Of a DNA stretch of 64,000 nucleotides, positions 18,601-27,581 are shown piece after piece. How positions within the stretch are numbered: position 1 is the first letter of the stretch; each line of letters starts with the position of its first letter. A program made the translations under genes and the position numbers. Source of the DNA: a bacterium (GTDB taxonomy: Bacteria; Myxococcota; UBA727; JAUIJE01); assembly GCA_030431455.1 (NCBI GenBank), contig JAUIJE010000002.1, positions 193,294 through 257,293 on the forward strand, in the 5' to 3' direction. Under the pieces are notes generated by a model. That model was not told the origin of the DNA. It did no database searches and worked only from the letters and a program-made list of their open reading frames with translations.

Positions 18601-21600
18601 CGCGTTGCCATCGTCACACTGCTCGCCGACGTTGTTGACCAGACCGTCGCCGCAATACTCCACCACACAAGTGGACGCGCAACCGTCGCCGTCCTGAGCG
18701 TTGCCATCGTCACAGACTTCCCCGTTGTTCACGACGCCGTCGCCACAGAACTCGACCACGCAGGCCGCACTGCACCCGTCACCGTTCATGGCGTTCCCGT
18801 CGTCGCAGCCTTCTCCGTTGTTGACGATCCCGTCGCCACACACTTCGAGTCCGCACGTAGCGGAACAACCATCGCCGCTCACCGTGTTCCCATCATCACA
18901 GGCCTCAGCACCCGAGTTGTTCACCACCCCGTCACCACAGACCTCAACTACGCAAGCAGCCGTACAACCGTCGCCGCTCACCGTGTTCCCGTCGTCACAG
19001 GCCTCAGCACCCGAGTTGTTCACAACCCCGTCGCCGCAAACCTCGACCACGCAGGTCGCAGTACAACCGTCGCCGCTCACCGTGTTCCCGTCGTCACAGC
19101 CTTCGCCGTTGTTCACCGCGCCGTCACCACAGAACTCCACCTCACAAGCGGCGCTGCAACCGTCCCCCGAAACCACGTTGCCGTCGTCACAGCCTTCGCC
19201 GTTATTGACGACGCCGTCGCCACACACTTCAAGCCCACACCCTGCCGAACAGCCGTCACCGCTCACCGTGTTTCCGTCGTCGCAAGCCTCGGCACCAGAG
19301 TTGTTCACAACCCCGTCGCCACAGACCTCGACCGCACAAGCAGCCGTACAACCATCACCGTTGGCGGTGTTCCCGTCGTCACAGGCCTCACCATTGTTGA
19401 CCGTGCCGTCACCGCAGAACTCGACCACACAGGCAGCGCTGCAGCCGTCGCCCGAGACCACGTTTCCGTCATCACAGCCTTCACCGTTGTTCACGATCCC
19501 ATCGCCACACACTTCGAGCACGCAGGCTGCCGAACAACCATCGCCGCTCACCGCGTTCCCGTCATCGCAGGCCTCAGAGCCCGAGTTGTTCACAACCCCG
19601 TCACCACAGACCTCGACCACACATGCCGCGGTACATCCATCACCGTTCGTGCTGTTCCCGTCGTCACAAGCCTCGGTACCGGAGTTGTTCACAACCCCAT
19701 CGCCACAGACCTCGATGACGCACGCGGCAGTACAGCCGTCACCGCCTACCGTGTTGCCGTCATCACAAGCCTCAGCACCGGAGTTATTCACAGCCCCGTC
19801 GCCACAGACCTCGACCACGCACGTAGCCGTACAACCATCGCCGCTCACCGCGTTCCCGTCATCGCAGGCCTCACCATTGTTGACCGTGCCGTCACCGCAG
19901 AACTCAACCACACACGCCGCGCTGCAGCCATCGCCGCTCACCGTGTTCCCGTCGTCGCAGCCTTCGCCATTGTTGACCGTGCCGTCACCACAGAACTCAG
20001 AAACGCAGGAAGCGCTGCAACCGTCACCTGAAACAACGTTGCCGTCGTCACAACCCTCGCCGTTGTTCACGACCCCATCGCCGCACACTTCGAGCGCACA
20101 CGTTGCCGAGCAACCGTCCCCGTTCACCGTGTTCCCGTCGTCACAGCCTTCGCCGTTGTTCACCGCGCCGTCACCACAGAACTCCACCTCACAAGCGGCG
20201 CTGCAACCGTCCCCCGAAACCACGTTGCCGTCGTCGCAACCTTCACCGTTGTTCACGACCCCATCGCCACACACCTCTAGCGCACATGCAGCGGAGCATC
20301 CGTCGCCGTTCGCGACGTTCCCATCGTCGCAAGCCTCATTGCCAGAGTTGTTCACAACCCCATCGCCACAAACCTCGATGACGCACGCGGCAGTACAGCC
20401 GTCGCCGCTCACCGTGTTCCCGTCGTCACAGCCCTCACCGTTGTTCACAACCCCATCGCCACACACCTCGAGCGCACAGGTCGGTGAACAGCCATCGCCG
20501 CTGACCGTGTTTCCGTCGTCACAGGCTTCGGCACCTGCGTTGTTCACAACCCCGTCGCCACACACCTCTAGCGCACATGCAGCGGAGCATCCGTCGCCGT
20601 TCGCGACGTTCCCGTCGTCGCAAGCCTCATTGCCAGAGTTGTTCACAACCCCATCGCCACAAGCCTCGATGACGCACGCGGCAGTACAGCCATCGCCACT
20701 CACCGTGTTCCCGTCGTCGCAGGCCTCGGCACCAGAGTTATTCACAACCCCGTCGCCACAAACCTCGACCACACAAGCAGCCGTACAACCATCGCCGCTC
20801 ACCGTGTTCCCGTCGTCGCAGGCCTCACCATTGTTGACCGTTCCATCACCGCAGAACTCCGAAACGCAGGAAGCGCTGCAGCCGTCACCTGAAACCACGT
20901 TTCCGTCGTCACAGCCCTCACCGTTGTTCACAATCCCATCGCCGCACACTTCAAGCGCGCACGTCGCTGAACAGCCGTCACCGTTCGCGGTATTTCCGTC
21001 GTCGCAAGCCTCAGCACCAGAGTTATTCACAGCCCCGTCGCCGCAAACCTCCAGCACACACGCCGCCGTACAACCATCACCGCTCACCGTGTTCCCGTCA
21101 TCGCAGGCCTCGCCATTGTTGACCGTTCCATCACCGCAGAACTCCGAAACGCAGGAATCGCTGCAACCGTCGCCGGAAACCACATTTCCGTCGTCGCAAC
21201 CCTCACCGTTGTTCACAACCCCGTCGCCACAAACCTCGACCACACACGAAGCGCTGCAACCATCGCCGCTCACCGTGTTCCCGTCATCGCACGCTTCCCC
21301 GTTGTTCACCGCGCCGTCGCCGCAGAACTCGACCAAACACGCCGTGCTGCAACCGTCGCCTGAAACAACGTTCCCATCATCACAGCCTTCGCCGTTGTTC
21401 ACGATGCCATCGCCGCACACTTCGAGCGCACACGTCGCCGAGCAACCGTCCCCGCTCACCGTGTTCCCGTCGTCGCACGCTTCGCCGTTGTTCACCGCGC
21501 CGTCGCCACAAAACTCGACCACACAGGCCGCGCTGCAGCCGTCGCCCGAGACAACGTTCCCGTCGTCACAGCCTTCGCCGTTGTTGACGATCCCATCGCC

Positions 21601-23019
21601 ACACACTTCGAGCACGCAGGCTGCCGAACAACCATCGCCGCTCACCGTGTTGCCATCGTCGCAAGCCTCGGCACCGGAGTTGTTCACCACACCATCGCCG
21701 CAAACCTCGACCACGCACGTCGCCGAGCAACCGTCCCCGTTCAAGGTGTTCCCGTCGTCGCACGCTTCCCCATTGTTCACCGTGCCATCGCCACAGAACT
21801 CGACCACGCAGGCCGCACTGCAACCGTCACCGTTCACGGTGTTCCCGTCGTCACAGCCTTCGCCGTTGTTGACGACGCCGTCGCCACACACCTCGAGCTG
21901 ACAGGCCGTGCTGCAACCGTCGCCGTTGATGGTGTTGCCGTCGTCGCAGGCCTCGGCGCCGTCGTTGTTGACCACGCCGTCGCCGCAGAACTCCAACATG
22001 CAGCCGGCGTTGCAGCCGTCGCCCGCGTCGGTGTTGCCGTCGTCGCAGGCTTCGCCGCTGTCCACCGTTCCGTCGCCGCAGACCGCTTCGACAAGACACG
22101 CGGCCGAGCAGCCGTCGCCGTCGACCACGTTGCCGTCGTCGCACTCTTCGCCGGCGTCGACGTTGCCGTCGCCGCAGGCAGGCTCGATGGTGCAGGTGGC
22201 CGAACAGCCGTCGCCGTCAATGAGGTTGCCGTCGTCGCATTGTTCGCTGGCTTGCACGATGCCGTCGCCGCAGGCGCTGGGCTCGTCGTTGTAGGTGATG
22301 AACAACCGGGGGGTGTAGTAGGTCGAGTCCCACGCGTAGACGCGGGCTTCGCCGCCGAGGGCTTCGTCTTGGAGGCGGATCAGCCAGCCGTGGTGGTTGG
22401 CGGGATCGGCGGCGGCCACGGCGACGTCGGGGGTGACATCGAAGCTGAGCACGCCGTTGGTGCCGTTGGTGAGGTGTACGCTGTCGGTGGGCGCGGCGGC
22501 GTGGGGGTACGGCGGGTTGTTGAGCGACCATTCGTCCTCGGGGGCGCAGTTGAGGCCGCCGTTGTAGACGTTGGTGTCGTTGGCGCAGTTGAAGGTCGCG
22601 TTGTGCTCGACCCACGGCTGCAACATGCGGTGGATCTCGATGGGTTGGCCGCCGGTGGGCAGGTTGCGGGCGTTGCGGCGGAAGATGAAGTCGAGGCGGG
22701 CGGAGACCAGCTGTTTGCCCTGCAGCGACGTGGCCATGTCGTCGGCGTCAAACTTGATCACCGCTTTGTAGCCGCCGCCGTTGCTTTGGATGAAGAGGAT
22801 CTCGTTCCAGCCGAAGTTCTTGTTGGCTTTGTTGCCACCGCGAAGGTGGGTGTCGCCGATGGGCAACAGCTGGATCTCATGGGTCACTGCCGCGCGGTCA
22901 CGTGCCGAGGGCACCGCGTCGACGTCGAGGACCGCGCTGTCCGCGCAGGCGTTGGCCAAAAGAGTGAAGGAGGCCAACACGCTCGCGCGGGCGGCGAGCG
23001 ACAGCTCAAACTTGTGCAT
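15685..23019 (-). CDS. Giant secreted protein (2444 aa). The N-terminal domain is followed by ~60 tandem myxobacterial Cys-rich repeats (CGDGxVNxGExCDDGN...GDGCSxxC) and a C-terminal RCC1-like beta-propeller.
   Basis: It has a signal peptide. The repeat unit is ~28 aa and carries six Cys. The C-terminus has RCC1/BLIP-II-like repeats (CWG...HTCGL). The opposite-strand P/S-rich ORFs such as 18701..21901 are artefacts of the symmetric repeats. Confidence 0.92.
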   Translation of the reverse strand: MHKFELSLAARASVLASFTLLANACADSAVLDVDAVPSARDRAAVTHEIQLLPIGDTHLRGGNKANKNFGWNEILFIQSNGGGYKAVIKFDADDMATSLQGKQLVSARLDFIFRRNARNLPTGGQPIEIHRMLQPWVEHNATFNCANDTNVYNGGLNCAPEDEWSLNNPPYPHAAAPTDSVHLTNGTNGVLSFDVTPDVAVAAADPANHHGWLIRLQDEALGGEARVYAWDSTYYTPRLFITYNDEPSACGDGIVQASEQCDDGNLIDGDGCSATCTIEPACGDGNVDAGEECDDGNVVDGDGCSAACLVEAVCGDGTVDSGEACDDGNTDAGDGCNAGCMLEFCGDGVVNNDGAEACDDGNTINGDGCSTACQLEVCGDGVVNNGEGCDDGNTVNGDGCSAACVVEFCGDGTVNNGEACDDGNTLNGDGCSATCVVEVCGDGVVNNSGAEACDDGNTVSGDGCSAACVLEVCGDGIVNNGEGCDDGNVVSGDGCSAACVVEFCGDGAVNNGEACDDGNTVSGDGCSATCALEVCGDGIVNNGEGCDDGNVVSGDGCSTACLVEFCGDGAVNNGEACDDGNTVSGDGCSASCVVEVCGDGVVNNGEGCDDGNVVSGDGCSDSCVSEFCGDGTVNNGEACDDGNTVSGDGCTAACVLEVCGDGAVNNSGAEACDDGNTANGDGCSATCALEVCGDGIVNNGEGCDDGNVVSGDGCSASCVSEFCGDGTVNNGEACDDGNTVSGDGCTAACVVEVCGDGVVNNSGAEACDDGNTVSGDGCTAACVIEACGDGVVNNSGNEACDDGNVANGDGCSAACALEVCGDGVVNNAGAEACDDGNTVSGDGCSPTCALEVCGDGVVNNGEGCDDGNTVSGDGCTAACVIEVCGDGVVNNSGNEACDDGNVANGDGCSAACALEVCGDGVVNNGEGCDDGNVVSGDGCSAACEVEFCGDGAVNNGEGCDDGNTVNGDGCSATCALEVCGDGVVNNGEGCDDGNVVSGDGCSASCVSEFCGDGTVNNGEGCDDGNTVSGDGCSAACVVEFCGDGTVNNGEACDDGNAVSGDGCTATCVVEVCGDGAVNNSGAEACDDGNTVGGDGCTAACVIEVCGDGVVNNSGTEACDDGNSTNGDGCTAACVVEVCGDGVVNNSGSEACDDGNAVSGDGCSAACVLEVCGDGIVNNGEGCDDGNVVSGDGCSAACVVEFCGDGTVNNGEACDDGNTANGDGCTAACAVEVCGDGVVNNSGAEACDDGNTVSGDGCSAGCGLEVCGDGVVNNGEGCDDGNVVSGDGCSAACEVEFCGDGAVNNGEGCDDGNTVSGDGCTATCVVEVCGDGVVNNSGAEACDDGNTVSGDGCTAACVVEVCGDGVVNNSGAEACDDGNTVSGDGCSATCGLEVCGDGIVNNGEGCDDGNAMNGDGCSAACVVEFCGDGVVNNGEVCDDGNAQDGDGCASTCVVEYCGDGLVNNVGEQCDDGNAIANDGCSDICVIEFCGDGEVNNATETCDDGNAVPGDGCDELCVTEYCGDGVVNNGGTEACDDGNVVAGDGCDSTCVVEFCGDGVVNNGGTEACDDGNALDGDGCSSSCGIETAVCGDGVIQNGEACDDGNTAPGDGCFNCAVEFCGDGVKNNGEGCDDGNTLSGDGCAEDCVIEFCGDGITNDRNEECDDASFWGGYGCSAVCKIEFCGDEVVNNTEEECDDGNTISGDGCDASCQAEVCGDGLLNDGGAEVCDDGNATNGDGCSSECLVEGCGDGVLSSPEGCDDGNLVNGDGCSASCVIEYCGDGITNNVSEECDDGNTVSVDGCSSTCTVEFCGNEIGNPGEECDDGNDLPNDGCGPTCKIEFCGDGIVNNVLESCDDGNTTSGDGCSDTCVVENCGDGVEAGLEQCDDGNLVDGDGCSAACKLESCAPNPCTDGGLCIEGPNGPMCCPNNDGCEGFSSFDVRGERVCTLVNGQPICMYWGESAYVQYFPELSTIYLTSIVTGMGHFCGNDVAGEVHCWGADNEGQASPPPDLNGRLVAGDRYTCSLALDGTTTCWGVIDYAPTTLFMDLDAGPNHVCGLSQGLWECWGPGAADFAGEWPNTTIVSLDTSDEHQCGLTVDGNVACWGPFTAPSLSAPAGTFIDFAFREEKGCATNDQGSITCWGRTKTGIEKNVPDERLYGPRVGAGLACARAPGTTGRLVCWNDVIAGQSSPPPVRFRSIEAAGSRTCGITTDGTVRCWGADPGYGGPAPWLSYYQLAISANRTCGYRGNGVECWGKTLPPFSAAGGVTKLAASDFGACALRNDGTLECKGWTSGGGPPDLIYDDVSVASGVGCAVHEFDGAIVCWGGVSPYVPSYVPASEGPFVKVATVGLVVCGTLPNNTVKCFQGASASSTYSPPGAFKKVVGAVGASRHCGLRVNNEIECWGSAEARYGENDSPPGPFKDVAAGAHHTCGLRFNGEVACWGAD
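17470..22270. repeat. Nucleotide-level tandem repeats (~84 bp) encoding the Cys-rich repeat array within the giant gene
   Basis: There are dozens of near-identical units. Blocks such as gtgttcccgtcgtcacagccttcgccgttgtt recur. Confidence 0.8.
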
Positions 23020-23289
23020 CGAGGATCCTTTTCCGAGCAGACAGCGCCCCGGGGCGCCTGCACGGCGATTACCGGATCAAACTGAATAGCGAAACAACCG
23101 AATCGCGTTTTGTGGACCTTTTTTTCAGGAATCGGGAGGCGGGCGCAGCGCTTTCGAGGTCTCATCCGTAAGCATTGGAGATCGTGGCGGTTTGGGCATC
23201 TGGGCAGGGCCTCCGGCCCAGACCGTGACAGGGTGACGTCACCCCACGCCGCGGGTCCCAATGCTTTGGCTTCGCCGCCCGCGCGTGGG

Positions 23290-23691
23290 TCAGCTGTCGT
23301 CGCCGTAGGATTCGCGGTTGGATCGGGCGTCTTCGCGCAGCTCCTCCTCCCAATCGCGGGGGCGTGGGGGGGCGGTGACGAAGTGTTCGAAGTGCATCGC
23401 GCAGAGCACGCCGAGGTCGACGCCGGGCGGGGACAGCTCGAGATCCAGCCGGGCGGAGGTGAGGTCGAAGTCGAGGTTGACGATGTCGTCGGCCGAGAGC
23501 CGGTAGGCGGCCAGCGCCTCGTGGAGGTCTTCGAGGGCGACGCCGAACCTGCGCGCGACGGTCGGCCCGTTTTGGAACTCGACGGTACCGTCGTCGGTGA
23601 GGCCCAGGTGATACGCGCAAAAGAGCGCGAACGGGTCGAGGTCATGGACGCGGGCGGAGGGATCGCGGTGGGCGCGGAGAGCCGGATGCAT
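23290..23691 (-). CDS. Hypothetical acidic protein (133 aa)
   Basis: It has a non-repetitive composition, an AAGGGGG RBS-like stretch before the ATG, and lies upstream of the giant gene on the same strand. Confidence 0.5.
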   Translation of the reverse strand: MHPALRAHRDPSARVHDLDPFALFCAYHLGLTDDGTVEFQNGPTVARRFGVALEDLHEALAAYRLSADDIVNLDFDLTSARLDLELSPPGVDLGVLCAMHFEHFVTAPPRPRDWEEELREDARSNRESYGDDS

Positions 23692-23736
23692 GCCCCCTTA
23701 TGGCGTGCTAACCGGTCGCCGAACAGGAGGATCGCC

Positions 23737-24015
23737 ATGGCTGAGAATGTGTATCTGCTGAAGGTCTCGAGCGGGGTGTCCGGCGACGTGAAGAGCCGGC
23801 TGGACGTGAAGAAAGACCCGACCCACGTGCGGGTGGCCACGCTCGCGCCGCTGTCCAACTACGGCTACCCGCCGGGGGCGGAGGGTTCGCTGTTGAAGGT
23901 GAGCGGGGACGGCCTGGTGTTCGGCGTGGAGGGCAACGATGCGGTGCCGCGCGCGTTTGTGCCCTGGCAGAACGTCAGCTACGTGGCGGACGGTTCGCAG
24001 GTGACCAAGGGCTGA
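23737..24015 (+). CDS. Hypothetical small protein (92 aa)
   Basis: A perfect AGGAGG RBS lies 7 nt upstream of the ATG. The gene is divergent from the 133-aa gene. Confidence 0.6.
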   Translation: MAENVYLLKVSSGVSGDVKSRLDVKKDPTHVRVATLAPLSNYGYPPGAEGSLLKVSGDGLVFGVEGNDAVPRAFVPWQNVSYVADGSQVTKG

Positions 24016-24127
24016 ACGCTCTTGGGTTGATATGGTGACAAGCGCCGGCCCGAAGGTCGGCGTTTTGTTTTTGTGGCCTGTCGCGTTTGTTCAATCCCTG
24101 TCGGCCGCGGCCTGGTATCCCTTTCGC

Positions 24128-24520
24128 ATGAACGCGACCGGACCCTTCGACGTCAAGATGAACTTCACCCCGCCCTTCGCCGCCCACGAGGGGGTGGAGC
24201 TGTCACGGGCCACCGGAGACAAGCGCTTCACCGGGGTGCTCGAGGCCGAAAGCCAAGTGCACATGCTCGCGGTCAAGACCCCGGTCGAGGGGTCGGCCGC
24301 GTACGTCGCGGTCGAGCAGATCGTGGGCACCCTCGACGGGCGCGCGGGCAGCTTCGCCGTGACCCACGTGGCCTCGATGGGCGCCGCCGGGCCGCAGATG
24401 TCGCTGTCCATCGTGCCCGACTCGGGCACCGGCGAGCTCACCGGCATCACCGGGTCGATGGCCATCCGCATCGTCGACAAGCAACACCACTACGACATCG
24501 ACTGGAACTTGCCGGGCTGA
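24128..24520 (+). CDS. DUF3224-like small protein
   Basis: 130 aa. The N-terminal style MNATGPFDVKMNFTP is typical of DUF3224. The start was chosen by that family architecture rather than by an RBS. Confidence 0.55.
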   Translation: MNATGPFDVKMNFTPPFAAHEGVELSRATGDKRFTGVLEAESQVHMLAVKTPVEGSAAYVAVEQIVGTLDGRAGSFAVTHVASMGAAGPQMSLSIVPDSGTGELTGITGSMAIRIVDKQHHYDIDWNLPG

Positions 24521-24527
24521 GCGCGCG

Positions 24528-25979
24528 CTATTCCCGCACGTCACACCGGAGCAAGAAGCCCGGCCGGCACGGGTCGTACACCCCGACGTAGGTCTGGTCC
24601 GCCCAACAATCGCAGCAGCAATACTTGTCGTAGGTGTACTGCGCGTTCGCGGGGCATTCGGTCTGCGTGCACCCGACGACGTCCGCGTCACAAAAGAACC
24701 CCTCGATGCAGCCTGATTCGCCCCCGCACGGGGTGGGGTCGGCGACGGCGTACGCCGGGCACGGCTCGTCGTCGCATTCGTGCCCGAGCCCGTCGTTGTC
24801 CGAGTCCACCTGGTCGGGGTTGTACACCCCCGGGCAGTTGTCGGTGAGGTCGAACACCCCGTCGCCGTCGATGTCGTCGGCGAACTGGGTGCGGTCCTTT
24901 TCACAGTAGACGAGCACGTGTTCGTAACGTTTTTGCCCTGTGCGCTCCGCCTGCAGGTTGACCGGTTGGCCGAGCACAAACTCGCGCCATATCTCGCCCG
25001 AACGGATGTCGCGCAGGCCGAACTCGTCGTCGATGGCCCCGAGCGGGAGGTCCACGGTGGTGCTGCGCCCGGCCTCTTCCATCGTGGTCAGGACCTGCGG
25101 GGTCGTGACGTAGATTTGGTTGCGGATGACGTAGTCGGCGCCCACCTTGGCGAGGTGCGCGCTGTGCGCAATGTTGTTGCGCTCGCCCACGGGTCCCTCG
25201 GCCCGGTCCGCGAGCAGGAACACCACCTCGTGTCCGCTGTCCACTTTTGCCTTCATCGCGTCCAGGGCGGCCGCGTCCACCGGGGTGCCGGGCGGAAAGT
25301 CGTAACAAGGCTCGAAGTAGATGTTCAAAATCGTCTGCAGCGAGCGCGCGGAGAAGTTGCGGCTCGAGCTTTGGAGCGCGTCGGTGCTGCACACCTCGAG
25401 CTCCTCGAGCCCGATGTCGGTCACCTGCGAGACGTCCTCGAGGCTGCGCCCGCGCACCCCGCGCCAAGACTCGAACAAGCGGTCGCGGGTGCCGGCGTGG
25501 CAGTTTTTGCCCACCACCTTGACGGAAAAGCCCTCGATGGTGCCCACCGCGCCCCCCTCCGCGTCGACCACGAACAGGTGGTGGTCGTCATAGAACGCAT
25601 CGAGGTCGTCGCCCGGCTGCTCGAACAGCTTGAGCTCGGTGCCCTCCAGCAGCCCGGGCACGGGGATGCGCAATGTCACCGGACGGGAAAAGCGCAGGCC
25701 GTGCGGCTCGAGCTTCACCCCCGCGAACACGTCGAGCTCGGCGAGGTCGGGAAAGACCAAGGGCGTGACCGTGACCGCGGTGTCCTCTTCGAGCGCGCCC
25801 GCGGGGATGTCGAGCAACAGGCCAGTGGGCAGTTCGATCACCGCGCCCTCGGCGGCGGTCACCGTCACCGTCTCGGCCGCGTCCTCGTCGAGGGTGATGG
25901 TCGGCCCGAGCCCACACGCGGTCGGGTCACATGCGGCGAAGGCGAAGAGCGGCCAGAGCGTACGCGCGATTTTGCCCAT
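24528..25979 (-). CDS. Lipoprotein with thrombospondin type-3 (Ca-binding) repeats and a conserved Cys-rich C-terminal module
   Basis: It has a lipobox (LFAFAAC) and TSP3 motifs (DIDGDGVFDLTDNCPGVYNPDQVDSDNDGLGHECD). The C-terminal ~90 aa are ~75% identical to the C-terminus of the next gene. Confidence 0.8.
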   Translation of the reverse strand: MGKIARTLWPLFAFAACDPTACGLGPTITLDEDAAETVTVTAAEGAVIELPTGLLLDIPAGALEEDTAVTVTPLVFPDLAELDVFAGVKLEPHGLRFSRPVTLRIPVPGLLEGTELKLFEQPGDDLDAFYDDHHLFVVDAEGGAVGTIEGFSVKVVGKNCHAGTRDRLFESWRGVRGRSLEDVSQVTDIGLEELEVCSTDALQSSSRNFSARSLQTILNIYFEPCYDFPPGTPVDAAALDAMKAKVDSGHEVVFLLADRAEGPVGERNNIAHSAHLAKVGADYVIRNQIYVTTPQVLTTMEEAGRSTTVDLPLGAIDDEFGLRDIRSGEIWREFVLGQPVNLQAERTGQKRYEHVLVYCEKDRTQFADDIDGDGVFDLTDNCPGVYNPDQVDSDNDGLGHECDDEPCPAYAVADPTPCGGESGCIEGFFCDADVVGCTQTECPANAQYTYDKYCCCDCWADQTYVGVYDPCRPGFLLRCDVRE

Positions 25980-27502
25980 CAGCGCACCTCGCAGCGCAGC
26001 AGGAAGCCCGGCCGGCATGGGTCATAGACATTGCGGTAGGTCTGGTCCGCCCAACAATCACAGCAACAATATTTGTCGAAGGTGTACGAGGCGTTGTCGG
26101 GGCACATCTCCTGGGTGCAGCCCGCGACCTGGGGGTCACAGAAGAACCCTTCGATGCAGCCGCTCGGCCCCCCGCACGCGCCGGTCACCTCTTCGTATTC
26201 GGGACAAGCGGTGTCGTCGCACTCGTTGCCGAGGCCGTCCCCGTCGGAGTCGATCTGGTCGGGGTTGGCCACCGCCGGGCAGTTGTCGACGTCGCTGTCG
26301 ATGCCGTCCCCGTCGGGGTCCGACTCTTGGCAGTAGGCGCCGTGCGCGGCCACCGCCGGGTCGGGCCGGGTGCTCGGTGGCCCGCCGGCTTTGTAGCGGT
26401 AGATTTGGCGTGACGCGTAGCGGGCGTCGGGGGCGCCCGGCCACCACGCGCCGAAGTAGTAGGGTGCGTCGATGGCCGCGTCGAACAGCCCGCTGTGGTT
26501 GTCGGCGTTGCGCACGGTGATCGCGCCGCCGTCGTTGTCCAAGACCTCGGCCACGTGACCGGCCGCCCGCACCCCCTCGTCGTCGGGGGCGCTGAAATAG
26601 AACACCAGGTCGCCGGGGCGGGCCGCGCCGTCGTCGGTGACCGGCTCGATGAGGTCGGCGGCGAGCAGCGCGGTGAGCAGGCGCGGGGCCGAGCCGTTCC
26701 AGGGCCGGCCTTGGTTGACCCCGCGGGTCACGTAGCCCGCGCAGTTGAACGCCGATGTGGCTTGCCCCGCGAACACCGCGTCGTCGGTCACGTAGGTGCC
26801 GCCGCCGGCGGCGACCTGCTCGGCCAGCCGGGCGCGTTCGTCCTCGTCCACGGTCTCGATGAACGTCTCGCGCCCCTCGATGAACACCTCTTGTTCGACG
26901 TTGTCCCCGTCCAGCACCGTGACGGGGCTGCCGTCGGGGCGCAGCAACACCTGGCGGCGGGTGCACGACGCGGGACCCCGCGGTGCCTGGTAGGTGGGCG
27001 GGTCCCGGCGGGCGTGTTCGTAGACCTCGACGGTGGTGTAGTGGCCGTCTTTGTCGATGTCCGCGCGCTCGAGCACGAGGATGTGCTCCACCGCCGCGGC
27101 GGGGAACTTGCTGTGCGGGCCGTCGCCATAGGCGAACGCGGCGTCGCGCAAATAGGGGATAGCGGCGTCATCGTCGCGTTCGGCCAGGGCGAAGGCGAGC
27201 ACCATCAGGCTCATTTCGGTGTGCACGGTGTCGTCGGTGACGTCGGCGGACAGGCCGGCGAGGGCTTCACCCAGCGCGGCGGTGGTGCCGTCTGCGCCCT
27301 GGACCAGGGTGTCCAGGTCCTCGATCACCACCGGGATGCGGGCCTGGACCCCCCGCATCGAGCCGCTGGCGGTGAGCAGGGGCTCGACCACCGCCGGGTC
27401 CTGCACGTGTTCGATCGCGGCTTGGACCTCGGCGGGCACCGCGCTGGGGCAGCCCGCGAGCAAGGTCGTCGCAGCAAAGAAAATCACGTGTGTCTTCGGC
27501 AT
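25979..27502 (-). CDS. Lipoprotein with a CHAP/NlpC-P60-like domain, TSP3 repeats and the same Cys-rich C-terminal module
   Basis: It has a lipobox (LLAGC) and a CHAP-like Cys/His pair (AFNCAGYV ... GHVAEV). The TSP3 repeats read DPDGDGIDSDVDNCPAVANPDQIDSDGDG. Its C-terminus is shared with the 24528..25979 gene. Confidence 0.8.
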   Translation of the reverse strand: MPKTHVIFFAATTLLAGCPSAVPAEVQAAIEHVQDPAVVEPLLTASGSMRGVQARIPVVIEDLDTLVQGADGTTAALGEALAGLSADVTDDTVHTEMSLMVLAFALAERDDDAAIPYLRDAAFAYGDGPHSKFPAAAVEHILVLERADIDKDGHYTTVEVYEHARRDPPTYQAPRGPASCTRRQVLLRPDGSPVTVLDGDNVEQEVFIEGRETFIETVDEDERARLAEQVAAGGGTYVTDDAVFAGQATSAFNCAGYVTRGVNQGRPWNGSAPRLLTALLAADLIEPVTDDGAARPGDLVFYFSAPDDEGVRAAGHVAEVLDNDGGAITVRNADNHSGLFDAAIDAPYYFGAWWPGAPDARYASRQIYRYKAGGPPSTRPDPAVAAHGAYCQESDPDGDGIDSDVDNCPAVANPDQIDSDGDGLGNECDDTACPEYEEVTGACGGPSGCIEGFFCDPQVAGCTQEMCPDNASYTFDKYCCCDCWADQTYRNVYDPCRPGFLLRCEVR

Positions 27503-27581
27503 GTTCTGTCCCCCAGAAGGCGCGCGCAGATCTTCTCATCCCCGACTTGCTCTGAAAAACCGCTGCGTCATACTGCGTCAC

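Noticed and set aside
18701-21901. 1066-aa P/S/T-rich ORF on the plus strand, plus similar ORFs at 17159..17896 and 17924..18697
   Set aside because: They are antisense to the giant Cys-rich repeat gene. The low-complexity translation is an artefact of the GC-rich tandem repeats.
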